From assembly GCA_965213925.1 (NCBI GenBank), contig OZ243927.1:1952001-2016000 (forward strand): 64,000 bases of DNA, read 5' to 3'. The notes below the pieces were generated by a model that had not been told where the DNA came from, searched no databases, and worked only from the letters and a program-made list of their open reading frames with translations. Position 1 is the stretch's first letter; the number at the start of each line of letters is the position of its first letter. The DNA is from Trueperaceae bacterium (GTDB lineage Bacteria > Deinococcota > Deinococci > Deinococcales > Trueperaceae). Both the position numbers and the translations under genes were made by a program. Positions 19,807-30,212 of the stretch are shown piece after piece.

Positions 19807-20603
19807 TGGACCGCGCCGCGCTGCCCAAAATTTCGGTCGTCACCCCGTCTTACAACCAGGGCGACTACATCGAAGACACCATCAAATCGGTCCTTGGCCA
19901 AAACTACCCTAACCTCGAGTACATCGTGATGGACGGCGGCTCGACCGATCAAACGTTCGACGTCTTGCGAAAGTACGAAGACCGCCTGACCTGGATCAGC
20001 GAGCCCGACAACGGTCAGTCCGACGCCCTCAACAAAGGGCTCCGCATGGTGACAGGTGACGTGGTCGCCTTTATCAACACGGACGACGTCTACGAGCCGG
20101 GGGCTCTGCTGACGGTAGGACAGTTCTTCGCGCAGAACGCCCAAGCCGACTGGGTGACGGGGAAGTGCCGGAACGTCGGCACTGACGGTCAGGAGATTCG
20201 CAAAGCCATCACGCACTACAAGAACTTTTGGCTCCGCCTGGGGGTCCAGCGGCTCCTGTTTGTGCTCAACTACGTGTCGCAGCCCGCGACCTTCTGGCGC
20301 AAGGAGGCGTTGGAGAAGGTCGGCTTGTTCGACGAGAGCCTCCACTACGCGATGGATTACGACTACTGGTTACGCATGTTAGGGACGTACCGGCTGCACT
20401 TCATCGACCAGTACCTAGCCCGCTTCCGAATCCACCCGACCTCCAAGGCTGGCTCCTCAGCGCACGCCCAGTTCGACGCGGGCTTAGACATCGCACGAAA
20501 CTACACCCGGTCGCGCCTCGTGCTCGCGCTTCACCGCCTGCACCTGTTTGTGACGGTGGGTGTTTACCGGCAACTGCTCAAACAGACACCGCAGGCGCAG
20601 TAA
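19806..20603 (+). CDS. GT2 glycosyltransferase (WcaE/WfgS-like)
   Basis: ATG overlaps the upstream TGA; SVVTPSYNQG, DGGSTD, GQSDALNKG and AMDYDYWLR. Confidence 0.9.
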   Translation: MDRAALPKISVVTPSYNQGDYIEDTIKSVLGQNYPNLEYIVMDGGSTDQTFDVLRKYEDRLTWISEPDNGQSDALNKGLRMVTGDVVAFINTDDVYEPGALLTVGQFFAQNAQADWVTGKCRNVGTDGQEIRKAITHYKNFWLRLGVQRLLFVLNYVSQPATFWRKEALEKVGLFDESLHYAMDYDYWLRMLGTYRLHFIDQYLARFRIHPTSKAGSSAHAQFDAGLDIARNYTRSRLVLALHRLHLFVTVGVYRQLLKQTPQAQ

Positions 20604-20706
20604 GACCCGTTAAGACGGATTGCAGGTCGTGAGTGTTATGGCCCTAGAGGTCGTTCCTGTTTAACCGCAGCTAGCTTCGCCCACGACAGAGTCCAAGAGG
20701 TTATTC

Positions 20707-21903
20707 ATGAAAGTGCTAAGAGTAAGTCAAGAATTCGCGCCGGTGCATACCGGACCTATCAAGCAAGCCCTCAACATCATGGCGGGGCTTGCTAAGCATG
20801 GTCATAAGAACATCGTGCTCGCGTCAACGCAGGGGCTAGACGACAACGCCTACAAGGTCGAAGCGTACCCACACAACACCACGCTCTACCGTTATCCTGT
20901 CCTCTTTAAGGTCATGCGCTATTTCTTCGTCCGAGGGGTGGCGCGCGACCTCCCGTCGTTCGCTGACGTAGACCTCGTTCACGTCCACTCGTGGCGGAGC
21001 CACCTCGCCGACGCGACGATTCGTTTTGCCAAAAAGCGCGGCGTCCCTAGCGTGCTTCACGCCCACGCGAGCGCTTACGCTGAACACTTGGTGTCTAATC
21101 CGCTGCTGCGTTTTCCCTACAAGGTTTACGACCTGCTCTTCAAGCAAAGTGTGGCCCAGAGCGCCGACGCGGTCGTCGTCTCCACCGAACAAGAGAAGCA
21201 CGAATGCGTCCGCTATGGCATCGACGAGCGCCGCATCCATGTCATCCCCTCCGGCGTCAACGCCTCCGACTTCGCCGATGTCCAGCGCACCAGGCCGACT
21301 CACCCCGACGTTCCTACCGTGCTGCTCGTCGGGCGGCTCGCTCGAGACCGCAACGTCGAGCTGCTCCTCCGGGCGCTCGCGCCCCTCAAAGCGCAAGGTG
21401 TACCCTTTCAGGCGCGCATCGTCGGTCCTGAGGAGAACCGCACGAAGATGAGTCGCGGCGGCTACCTGAACGAACTCAAGAGCCTTACACAGCAACTCGG
21501 TCTCGCTGAGGACGTTACGTTCGTAGGACCTCTAAAGGGTCAGGCGCTACGCCAAGCGTACGTAGACGCCGATATCTTCGTCTATCCGTCCCTATATGAA
21601 AACTTTGGTAACACGGTGCTCGAGGCTGCCGCCGCCGGGTTGCCGATTCTCGCCACGTCTACGGGCGTTGCGGCGGACCTCGTTCAAGATGGCAAAACTG
21701 GCTATTTGGTCGATATGACCGACCCCGCCGATCTCAGCCACCGCCTCGGCGACCTCTTGCGCGACGGAGAGAAGTGCCAACGTTTGGGGCAGGAGGCGAA
21801 GCGTTTGGCGCTGCGCGACTATAACTGGGATGCGATTATAGAGCGGTATATTGATCTGTACAATCATCTACTTAACCGTGTGCCGCTGGCGAAGGCTGCG
21901 TGA
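20707..21903 (+). CDS. GT4 glycosyltransferase
   Basis: DLVHVH, LLVGRL and YENFGNTVLEAAAAGLP motifs. Confidence 0.9.
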   Translation: MKVLRVSQEFAPVHTGPIKQALNIMAGLAKHGHKNIVLASTQGLDDNAYKVEAYPHNTTLYRYPVLFKVMRYFFVRGVARDLPSFADVDLVHVHSWRSHLADATIRFAKKRGVPSVLHAHASAYAEHLVSNPLLRFPYKVYDLLFKQSVAQSADAVVVSTEQEKHECVRYGIDERRIHVIPSGVNASDFADVQRTRPTHPDVPTVLLVGRLARDRNVELLLRALAPLKAQGVPFQARIVGPEENRTKMSRGGYLNELKSLTQQLGLAEDVTFVGPLKGQALRQAYVDADIFVYPSLYENFGNTVLEAAAAGLPILATSTGVAADLVQDGKTGYLVDMTDPADLSHRLGDLLRDGEKCQRLGQEAKRLALRDYNWDAIIERYIDLYNHLLNRVPLAKAA

Positions 21904-21907
21904 AAGT

Positions 21908-23047
21908 ATGCGCTTAGTTTTTCTGTCACACGTCTACCCGCACCCCGCCTCCGGTTTTAATCCAGGAATTGAGCGTGTCATCGGTGAGCTTGCGCCTGCC
22001 CTAGCCTGTCTAGGACACGACGTACACGTTCTTACCTCTTACCGCAACGGACAAGCTCCTAAGACGGAGAAGCACCGAGGCGTCACCCTCCACCGGGTAG
22101 ATGACTGGCGTAGCCGCTATGGCCGTATGGCTAGTGTCGGCTCGCTTGACTTTCGTTCGTTAGCGCGCACGCTCGTTCGCGATCATGCCGAGCTTATCCG
22201 CACAGCAGACGCCGCCCACACCTTTACGCAGCTCCCTAATTGGCCCTTCCAAACCCCTCTATTCGCACACTACCACCATCACGACAAGCCCAAGCGCTTC
22301 ATCGAGCACCTTTTCATGCATACCGCTGACGCTCTATGGCAGAAGACGTATCAACTAAGCCATAAAGTTATTGCTATTTCCAAATTTTCAGAAGCTGAAT
22401 TTCGAACTGTTTACAAACGGGTCAATACGCCTATTGAAGTTGTCTACAACGGGATTAATCCTTCACAGTTCGCCGCGCCAAAGCGTTCTGTCCCCTTCGG
22501 AGGACGCGCTCCCACTATTTTGTATGTAGGACCATTTTACAAGCGCAAAGGACTAGATTATCTTTTTCAGGCTTTGCCGGGCTTACTCGAGACCTACCCT
22601 GATCTAACGCTTAGGCTTGTAGGTAAAGGTCCCGAAGAGGCAGCTTTGAAGCAGTTAGCAGAAACGCTCGGTATTTCGAGCGCACTAGAATTCTTAGGGT
22701 TTGTATCAGAGGAAAAACTGCGCGAACTCTATGCTAGAGCAACACTCTTTGTATTGCCATCTCTACATGAAGGTTTCGGGATCGTGCTCGCCGAGGCGAT
22801 GGCCGCGGGTTTGCCTGTAATTAGCACGACGAGTAGCGCGATACCGGAAGTTGTGGGGGATGACGGCATTTTGGTTCCCCCGAAAGATGTCCGAGCTTTG
22901 GCTGAAGCCATTACGCAAATGCTATCTGACTCGGATAAGCGATGTGAACTCGCCAAGCGAGGACAAGCAAGGGCACTTAAACACTTTACTTGGCACCAGT
23001 CGGCGCAGGAATTGGAAACACTTTATGGTCAGACAAGCAATATCTAA
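21908..23047 (+). CDS. GT4 glycosyltransferase
   Basis: GIERV, VVYNGI, RKGL and HEGFGIVLAEAMAAGLP; start at ATG 21908 (MRLVFLS). Confidence 0.9.
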   Translation: MRLVFLSHVYPHPASGFNPGIERVIGELAPALACLGHDVHVLTSYRNGQAPKTEKHRGVTLHRVDDWRSRYGRMASVGSLDFRSLARTLVRDHAELIRTADAAHTFTQLPNWPFQTPLFAHYHHHDKPKRFIEHLFMHTADALWQKTYQLSHKVIAISKFSEAEFRTVYKRVNTPIEVVYNGINPSQFAAPKRSVPFGGRAPTILYVGPFYKRKGLDYLFQALPGLLETYPDLTLRLVGKGPEEAALKQLAETLGISSALEFLGFVSEEKLRELYARATLFVLPSLHEGFGIVLAEAMAAGLPVISTTSSAIPEVVGDDGILVPPKDVRALAEAITQMLSDSDKRCELAKRGQARALKHFTWHQSAQELETLYGQTSNI

Positions 23048-24629
23048 AATTTCAGTATCACGGGAAGTCAGCGTATTTGAGAGACAATTATTGATCGCTA
23101 CGCTCTTTTGGTTTGGAATTGCTGGAGGACTAGCTGTGCGCATCTTGCCGTGGCTACGTGGCTTACTGCCTTTCAATCCGGGCGATCCTGCTAGGTACTA
23201 CATGGCGACCTTGAACGTCTTTGACAGTGGTAGCATTGAGGCAACTCCGTTCTACGAATCTGTCTACAATCAAGTTTCTATGTTGTTGAATTGGCCGGGA
23301 TTTCATATTTTGCAAAGCGTTGTAGCTCAGTTCAGTAATATTGATCTGCATACAAATCTCACCCTGTTTTTCGTTGGTAACGGATTAATCGGTGGAACCC
23401 TTTTAGCGGCTGCAGGTTATCTTTTAGGTGAAAGCTTGTTTAGTCGACGTATTGGATATGTTTCTGCCGTAGCTGTTTTATATGTCGACCAAGGTATTTA
23501 CTACCAATCCGAATATCACGCTCAAGGTTTGGGACTTAGTCTCGTCGTCTTTGCGGTCGCTACGTATATTAAGTCGTATCGTAGTCATTCCTCAAGTATG
23601 GGCTATCGTGTCATTGCTATTATTGCATTTGCTGCTGCGACTATCTCTCATCACTTCTCGTCGTATATGTTAATTCCTTTCAGCGTTGCTTTCCTATGCG
23701 CACTGGTTCTGCCACGCTTTTACAAACAATATAAAGGAACTCATGCGCTTATTGTCTTTGTGCTAATAGCGGCGTACAGCACCTATTTCGCGAACGACTT
23801 TATTATGATTGTTGCTAGCAAACTCGATAACTTCTCACCTTCTAATTTAGGTACAATTGTTCAAGCAGATGAAACTCGTCCTATTCAAGCGCAACTAAAG
23901 TTCTTTTCGCGTCTTCCCTTTGGTATGCTGCTCCTTTTTTCGCTTTTACCTATAATTAAAGCGCGAAATGTACCCGTGTTTAGACTTGTGCTACTTATCT
24001 TCGTTACTCTTCTCGCTGCTGCAGGAATTTTTATGAGCTTTGCTCTCGGTGCGCCCCTCAACCGCGTTTTCGTCTTTATCGAGATTCTTTTGGTCCCTTT
24101 CATTGTGCATGGTGCATTTGTTGCTGCGGACCATATAAAGCTTCAATATACATTTCCATTCACTCTACTCACGTTTGTACTAATCCTTAATTTAGCAAGT
24201 GTGTTTCCTGCCCAGTACTGGGGTTTTGAAGGACAACAAAATTCCTACTATTGGTATTCTGGAAGAGCTATTCCGTGGGAACATGCTAACAACGTTACAT
24301 CATTTATTACAAATAGCTCGACGACACTAAACGGAGAAATTGCTGCAAGAGAAGCAGACCCCTTCTACAATGCTCTTTTCATAGAACTGAAACCTAAACA
24401 TAAGCAATTGGTTCGTTCAAACTCTAAGAGATCAATACTCGATGCGATGCAAAGGTCAAATGCTCAGCTTGCTATTCTCGATATTCAAGACGATGAGTAT
24501 GAAGAAGAAAATTTGAAAGCGTCGAATATATGGTCGGTGGTTTATACGGACGGTCTAGCGGGTCTATTAAGTAATCCTAAAATCTTACCTCCGGAGGGTC
24601 AAAGTGCCTCAACTAAATCGAATCATTAG
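23025..24629 (+). CDS. Polytopic membrane protein, putative GT-C/polymerase (DUF2206-like)
   Basis: About 11-12 TM segments; loop after TM1 GDPARYY...WPGFH; ISHHFSS; soluble C-terminal domain; family call is inference. Confidence 0.6.
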   Translation: MVRQAISKISVSREVSVFERQLLIATLFWFGIAGGLAVRILPWLRGLLPFNPGDPARYYMATLNVFDSGSIEATPFYESVYNQVSMLLNWPGFHILQSVVAQFSNIDLHTNLTLFFVGNGLIGGTLLAAAGYLLGESLFSRRIGYVSAVAVLYVDQGIYYQSEYHAQGLGLSLVVFAVATYIKSYRSHSSSMGYRVIAIIAFAAATISHHFSSYMLIPFSVAFLCALVLPRFYKQYKGTHALIVFVLIAAYSTYFANDFIMIVASKLDNFSPSNLGTIVQADETRPIQAQLKFFSRLPFGMLLLFSLLPIIKARNVPVFRLVLLIFVTLLAAAGIFMSFALGAPLNRVFVFIEILLVPFIVHGAFVAADHIKLQYTFPFTLLTFVLILNLASVFPAQYWGFEGQQNSYYWYSGRAIPWEHANNVTSFITNSSTTLNGEIAAREADPFYNALFIELKPKHKQLVRSNSKRSILDAMQRSNAQLAILDIQDDEYEEENLKASNIWSVVYTDGLAGLLSNPKILPPEGQSASTKSNH

Positions 24630-25440
24630 AACGCTAAGAGTAGCAGAGGCAAATTTCTCAGTTCGCCGCCACGTATTTTTATCCTCAGCGGAAGCTGCAA
24701 ACTGGGCAGAGAAGAAAAATATGTTCTTTGTTTTGTCGCACGGTCGTTCTGGTACAAACTTTCTGGCAGACCTTTTGAATCATGCTGAACGTACCTTGGT
24801 TGTACATGAACCACACCAGGTAGACGATTGTGCGATTGAGCTAGCAACTTATAACCCCACTGCTACAACTACTTACATAAATGACTTTCGGCAGAAAGAT
24901 ATCTATCTGCGAGCGAGAGATGCCAACATTGATACTTACGGCGAAGTCAACAGCTTGCTTAGACGACATGTGCAAGAATTACAAGAGACTTTTCCACACG
25001 CGCATTACATCCATCTTATTAGAGACGGGCGGGACGTGGTTCGCTCAATGCTTACGCGAGATACTCTAACTTTACGAGACTCAAAAACTGCTCATCTGAT
25101 TCCGCCTTCAGATGACCCTTATCTCGAACAGTGGTCAATTATGAGCCGATTCGAGCAGCTTTGCTGGTATTGGCAGCACGAGAACAAACTGCTAATGAAG
25201 CATTTAGACAAGTACGTAAAATTCGAGTTTGTCACCACGGACTACAACTATTTTCAAGAAGAGCTTTTGGATAGTATTGGTGTCAGACTATCGAAAGCCA
25301 CTTGGGAAGAAGAAGTGAATATACCTAAGAATCATACACGAGGTCAGAAAGCACCCCATTGGCGTGAATGGACGAGAGAAGAGACAGAGGCGTTCTGGCG
25401 TATATGCGGTGATGTAATGGAGGCGTTTGATTACGTCTAA
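24604..25440 (+). CDS. PAPS-dependent sulfotransferase
   Basis: LSHGRSGTNFLADLL, VHEP and IRDGRDVVRS motifs. Confidence 0.85.
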   Translation: MPQLNRIIRTLRVAEANFSVRRHVFLSSAEAANWAEKKNMFFVLSHGRSGTNFLADLLNHAERTLVVHEPHQVDDCAIELATYNPTATTTYINDFRQKDIYLRARDANIDTYGEVNSLLRRHVQELQETFPHAHYIHLIRDGRDVVRSMLTRDTLTLRDSKTAHLIPPSDDPYLEQWSIMSRFEQLCWYWQHENKLLMKHLDKYVKFEFVTTDYNYFQEELLDSIGVRLSKATWEEEVNIPKNHTRGQKAPHWREWTREETEAFWRICGDVMEAFDYV

Positions 25441-25523
25441 ACTAATGCCAAGTCGGTTAAGGGATGTTACGAGCTAAGAGCTTTCGGGGGTAGTAGTCTG
25501 ATCGGATATAGTACATAGTTGTA

Positions 25524-26705
25524 CTACCTTCTGAACCAGTCTCGGTTCACTTTTCTGACCGCAGTAAGACCTAATCCCCAGCAGTATCCGTTAATGTAGT
25601 GAAAAATCATGGAAAATTTTTGTAGCCATGTCATACGTTTGGTCTTAACGTTTAGCAATTGAGCAATGCTACCTTTTGCAGTAGGAACTTCGTATTTCTG
25701 ATACTGAATAGCTTTGCGCATATAAGCTACACAGGCCTCTATATCAATTTCATCTACAGACCAACTCGGTATGCTAAGAAGTTTTGCAGCACTCGATACC
25801 TTGGGTGCGTACGAAAGAACAAGTAAAGGCTTGTAAGCAGCAGCGGCTAGAATAACTGCGTGTAGTTTTGAAGCTATTATGAACTGGCTCATCTTCATGA
25901 TTGCTAGCACTTCAGCGGGGGAGTACAGACGTTCTATAGAATCAAATTCAACCGTAAGCTGATTCTGTATGTCCTTGATAATGGATGTTTTCCAATCTCC
26001 GTGTTTGAGGGGAATGAAGACAGGTCTCAAGTCTAGCTCACGACTTGCTGCATCGATAAGGTGGGCTAAGCCGCGTACGTCCTGCTGCTGAATTGATGTT
26101 GTTATCGATACGAGGAGAATATTATCGTTTGTTATTTCTTCTTTGTCAAAGATAGTTCGTCCATCTGGAATAGATATTTCGCTCCCGAAACTCCAAACAG
26201 GGTCTGGAATTGTATCTATCGTATCAGGGACACCAAAGCTCTCTAGCAACTCTTTAGACTCCTGGTCTCGTACCGTTATATAGTCAAAATTGTGAGACAG
26301 GCTTCGCAACATGTACTTACCTAGCGAATGTCTAACCGGACCAACTCCAATCGCATAGGTCACAACAGGTTTATCAAGAAGTTTGGCTAAAACTAACGTC
26401 TTGAAATATCTAGGTATAGAAAGGGGAATATGTAGGTCTTGAAGCAATCCGCCCCCACCAATAATAATTAGGTCCGAACTACGAACAGCGCTCCACAATT
26501 TCCACAAATAAGTTGGTGAGTCAATATCCCTGCGAGGAATAGCGGTAACATCATAAGTAAGTTGCGTACTATTTGCATCAAAAGATAGGACTGAAATATT
26601 CGAAACATCTTGAGCGCGCAATCTAGCTAGAATGACTCGAAGGATCGCTTCATCGCCTAGATTATGAGCACCATAGTAACCGTCAACTAAAATAGACATA
26701 TTCAT
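25524..26705 (-). CDS. Polysaccharide pyruvyltransferase (CsaB/WcaK-like)
   Basis: GYYGAHNLGDEAIL, GGGGLLQD, GVGP, TVRDQES and KLHAVI motifs. Confidence 0.9.
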   Translation of the reverse strand: MNMSILVDGYYGAHNLGDEAILRVILARLRAQDVSNISVLSFDANSTQLTYDVTAIPRRDIDSPTYLWKLWSAVRSSDLIIIGGGGLLQDLHIPLSIPRYFKTLVLAKLLDKPVVTYAIGVGPVRHSLGKYMLRSLSHNFDYITVRDQESKELLESFGVPDTIDTIPDPVWSFGSEISIPDGRTIFDKEEITNDNILLVSITTSIQQQDVRGLAHLIDAASRELDLRPVFIPLKHGDWKTSIIKDIQNQLTVEFDSIERLYSPAEVLAIMKMSQFIIASKLHAVILAAAAYKPLLVLSYAPKVSSAAKLLSIPSWSVDEIDIEACVAYMRKAIQYQKYEVPTAKGSIAQLLNVKTKRMTWLQKFSMIFHYINGYCWGLGLTAVRKVNRDWFRR

Positions 26706-26776
26706 TGGGAATTCTTTCTAGCTCTCTTCTGTCGTGTGAGCTGGGCAAAGGCATTGAGGTCTTAATTTCACGGCTC

Positions 26777-28078
26777 TCACTTTCCCTTCTTGATAAAGAT
26801 GCTCCAGCTAGCGAAAACTAACGGCGCGATATGAGCTTGAGCAAAAGCGTACGCTACACCTGTCAGGCTGGTAGCTTGACTAATAAAAAACAACGCACTT
26901 AAAAGAAACAGTAAGCCAAAAATATTCATATTGAGTACTTGATCTCTAACTCGGCAGTAGGCAATGTAGAATCTGGTCAACGCGCTTAGTGGAGCCACCA
27001 AAATTAGAATTCTTAGAACTTGTGTAGCATCTACATAAGTTTCACCAAAAATTGTTAAAATAACAGGTGCCGCAAGGTAAAGAACCAACACAATAACAAT
27101 CAAGGATATTAAAGAAAATTTAGTTGCTCTCTTGATGTGGGTTACTTCCAGGTTTGTTGAGCTTTCTACAAGGGCGGAAGTCGAGATTGAGTTGAATAAG
27201 GCATAAAGTATCGAGGCAATCGTAAATGCAATATAGTAGAGTGCTGCCTCTGCAGCACCTATCGCATTAACAATAAATAAAGGAAAGATAAATTTTGGCG
27301 CATTGACTAAATAACTTCCAATGTGGCTTCCAAGTGCGTAAGTTACAACTTCTTTCCTTTTGATTAATTCTGAAATTTGCAGCCGAAATTTATAAGAAGT
27401 TCGGAAGTGAGTCGAAAGTAACCATAAGGCAAATACTGAATAGATGAGAAAAGCGAAGGTAAAGGAACTATAAATTGCAACAGTTCCTCCGAAAACAATC
27501 AAAAGGAAGGGAGATACTAACTTTATTACGTGCATTGTCAAGTTCGCCTTGAAAACAGCCTTACCCGCGCGATGTGCTAGTAGAATTTGCTCGAGAACAG
27601 CTTTTAGTGTAGTAAATGCAACGCCTGCTGGAAACAGGAACCAAAAGGGCAAAAAATACTGAAGAGACGACAGTTCCGGTGACCAAATATGAGACCCAGC
27701 GAAATAAGCGACACCGAGGAGAAAACTCAAGACAAAGCTAACCGAAAGACATGAATTAATTAGTGAATGTCCGACGTTTTGTGGAAGGTGGTGAATATAG
27801 CGAATTACACTCATACCTAGACCAAGATTACCTAAACCCGATAGAAGCGCAGCAGCTGAAATTAGTGCCGTTCCAATACCAATAGTTTCAGGTGAGAAAA
27901 GCCGCGCTATAATAAGCCAGTAGATAAAACCTAAAGGAGCGCCAATAAGCGTAGATAAGAACAAATACATGCTGTTGAGGTACAGCGGATCATTACGAAG
28001 TTGGTGGAGCGATAATGTAGGGAGTCGCGCGGGTAGACTTCTAAGTATTTTATCTATTTTAGCGATTGGGAGTTGCAA
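26777..28078 (-). CDS. Oligosaccharide flippase (Wzx/MOP family)
   Basis: DPLYLNSMYL...GFIYWLIIARLF, LGLGMSVIRY and ILTIFGETY; about 12 TM; TTG start uncertain. Confidence 0.85.
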   Translation of the reverse strand: MQLPIAKIDKILRSLPARLPTLSLHQLRNDPLYLNSMYLFLSTLIGAPLGFIYWLIIARLFSPETIGIGTALISAAALLSGLGNLGLGMSVIRYIHHLPQNVGHSLINSCLSVSFVLSFLLGVAYFAGSHIWSPELSSLQYFLPFWFLFPAGVAFTTLKAVLEQILLAHRAGKAVFKANLTMHVIKLVSPFLLIVFGGTVAIYSSFTFAFLIYSVFALWLLSTHFRTSYKFRLQISELIKRKEVVTYALGSHIGSYLVNAPKFIFPLFIVNAIGAAEAALYYIAFTIASILYALFNSISTSALVESSTNLEVTHIKRATKFSLISLIVIVLVLYLAAPVILTIFGETYVDATQVLRILILVAPLSALTRFYIAYCRVRDQVLNMNIFGLLFLLSALFFISQATSLTGVAYAFAQAHIAPLVFASWSIFIKKGK

Positions 28079-28301
28079 GTTTCATTCCTTTATTTTCCGT
28101 AACATATCTGTGATAGTCGCATATCCCGGTAGAAATGCGATTATTGATCGAAGAAAACGACGCAATGTAGCTAGAGTCAACCCGACGTGAAATTAGTAGT
28201 AAGACTTCACGATATATTATTGGGTAAAGTCTACGAACCTCATTGTAATATTTTTGCGAAAAATTACACACAGTTTCTCGATTTAGTCCGCCACAGATTG
28301 G

Positions 28302-29630
28302 TCACTTTACATTCACTCTGTATCTAATGTTGGCAGTGTCTGTATCTGATATTGGCAGTGAATATAGGGCACCTGCGAAGGTAAATACAAGAAGTACGTT
28401 AGCCGGAATCACGGTCATGTTCCCATCTGATATCCCGTGCAGCATAAGCGCAACGATAGCAGCAGTAAGTCCATACCGTAAGCCAGTGCGTCTATGTTTA
28501 TCCGAAGCTGTAAAAAGGACAAGAAACCAGAAGCTCAAAAAGGCAACAAGCGCCACCAACCCCGTTTCACTCGCCACTTGCGTATAGTCGTTGTGCGAGT
28601 AGTTGACAAACTTATGCAGCGTCTGGCTCACGTCATCGGTCGCTTGCGGCGCTCGGTGCTCGGTAAAGGCGTAGATGAAGTTTCCGGGACCAACACCGAT
28701 CATGGGGTTCTCTCGGATGATCTTGAAGGCTGCCTCACCGATCTTCACACGCTGCATAAAACTCCGCGTCACCCACACGTCGAAAAACTCGGTGGTGCGC
28801 GTCGTCAGCGACTCGTCGGAGAGCTGCGGCGTAAAGCTCAGCAGCGCACCTAAACCGGCGAGTCCTAAGAGGGACGCGGCAGCAGTCGCCAGCACAAAGC
28901 GCCAGACTTTGCCTGATTGAACCGCCCAAAACGTGAGCAGACCGAAAACCGTGAGGCTCACCGCAAGGAGTCCCCACGAAAAGGTCAGCGCGAGGTTAAA
29001 GAGCAGCAGGGCGGTGAGAAGGGCGTAGAGGAGCTTTAGAGCGATGTGCTTTGTATAGATAAGGAGGGCGACGCTGAACGGTACGAGCAGCGCCAGGTAG
29101 CCGCTGTAGTGGTTGCTGTTGTAGTAGAAGCTCGAGACCCGGCGCGGCGTGAGCATCGGCGTCCACTGATACCCGAAAAACTGCAGCGCTCCGTAAACCC
29201 CCATGACGAACGCCGTAGCAACCACCACCCCGACGAACACACGCCGCCGCTTCTGCGACCCGAGAAGCCCGCAGCTAAGCAGAAACGCGGCGGCGTAGAC
29301 GAAGATATTGAGGGTCGTTTGAAGGCTGCCGAAGGTATAGGCGCTGAGCAGCGTGCTGAGCGTAACAATGGTTAGATAAGCGAGTAGCGCAAAGAGGATA
29401 GGGCGCGGCGGCAGCGCGAGCGCACCCTGCAAGCAAGCCGAGAGAAGCCAGAGCGTCGCGCCGACGATGACGAGCAGGCGGATGCCCAGAAGCGACCAGG
29501 GGTCGACGCCGCCGACGGCGATAGGCGCGAAGGCTGTGACGAGCAGCAGCAGGGCGAACGCGGCGCGGTTGAAAAATAGACTGAGCGGTTGCGAAATAGA
29601 TTGGCGTGGGTAGGCGGTAGATAGTTGCAT
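28302..29630 (-). CDS. O-antigen ligase / O-oligosaccharyltransferase-like (Wzy_C) protein
   Basis: NSNHYSGYL, PMIGVGPGNF, HNDYTQ...ETGLV and LHG motifs; many TM segments. Confidence 0.88.
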   Translation of the reverse strand: MQLSTAYPRQSISQPLSLFFNRAAFALLLLVTAFAPIAVGGVDPWSLLGIRLLVIVGATLWLLSACLQGALALPPRPILFALLAYLTIVTLSTLLSAYTFGSLQTTLNIFVYAAAFLLSCGLLGSQKRRRVFVGVVVATAFVMGVYGALQFFGYQWTPMLTPRRVSSFYYNSNHYSGYLALLVPFSVALLIYTKHIALKLLYALLTALLLFNLALTFSWGLLAVSLTVFGLLTFWAVQSGKVWRFVLATAAASLLGLAGLGALLSFTPQLSDESLTTRTTEFFDVWVTRSFMQRVKIGEAAFKIIRENPMIGVGPGNFIYAFTEHRAPQATDDVSQTLHKFVNYSHNDYTQVASETGLVALVAFLSFWFLVLFTASDKHRRTGLRYGLTAAIVALMLHGISDGNMTVIPANVLLVFTFAGALYSLPISDTDTANIRYRVNVK

Positions 29631-29639
29631 AGATCGTTC

Positions 29640-30206
29640 TTATTCTTCGGCGAGCGCGTCGAGCCTCGCCTCGACGCGGGGATCGTGTTTAATGGCTACA
29701 GCTTTCGTGTAGAGGTCTCGAGCGCCTGCGAGGTCGCCCTGGCGCTCCCTGAGCTTGCCGAGGGAGTAGAGGTAGTAGATATTGTGCGGGTCGCGCGCTA
29801 GCGCCGCCTCGAACGCCGTTTCAGCGTCGGCGGTGCGGTCGGTGAGCATGTAGGACCAGCCGAGGTTGTTGAAGGTCGCGCCGTCGAGGGGATTGAGGCG
29901 CGTGGCGTCCCGGAAGGACGCGAAGGCGCGTTCGGCGTACACGTCGTCTTTGCGAAAGGCGTGGAGCAGGTAGTTGACTTTGCCCTGCTCGAGGGCGAGG
30001 TCGGCGTCGCCGGGGGTCAGCGCACGGGCGCGTGAAAGTGCCGCTAGAGCGGCGTCGTAGCGTCCTAGCGGCAGGCTGTCTTGGGCTTCTTTGAGGTGGG
30101 CGTTCGCTCGAAAGGTGGCGAGGCTCCAGTAGCCCGCTAGGAGCGCGAGCGCCACTGTGAGCACCGCGAGCGTGACCCGCAGGGGCAAGGTCAAGCGAAC
30201 GCCCAC
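29640..30206 (-). CDS. Membrane-anchored TPR protein
   Basis: N-terminal TM; repeated TPR patterns (ARALTP, ATRLNP, NNLGWSY, ALARDP, YSLGKL). Confidence 0.85.
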   Translation of the reverse strand: MGVRLTLPLRVTLAVLTVALALLAGYWSLATFRANAHLKEAQDSLPLGRYDAALAALSRARALTPGDADLALEQGKVNYLLHAFRKDDVYAERAFASFRDATRLNPLDGATFNNLGWSYMLTDRTADAETAFEAALARDPHNIYYLYSLGKLRERQGDLAGARDLYTKAVAIKHDPRVEARLDALAEE

Positions 30207-30212
30207 CTGGGT

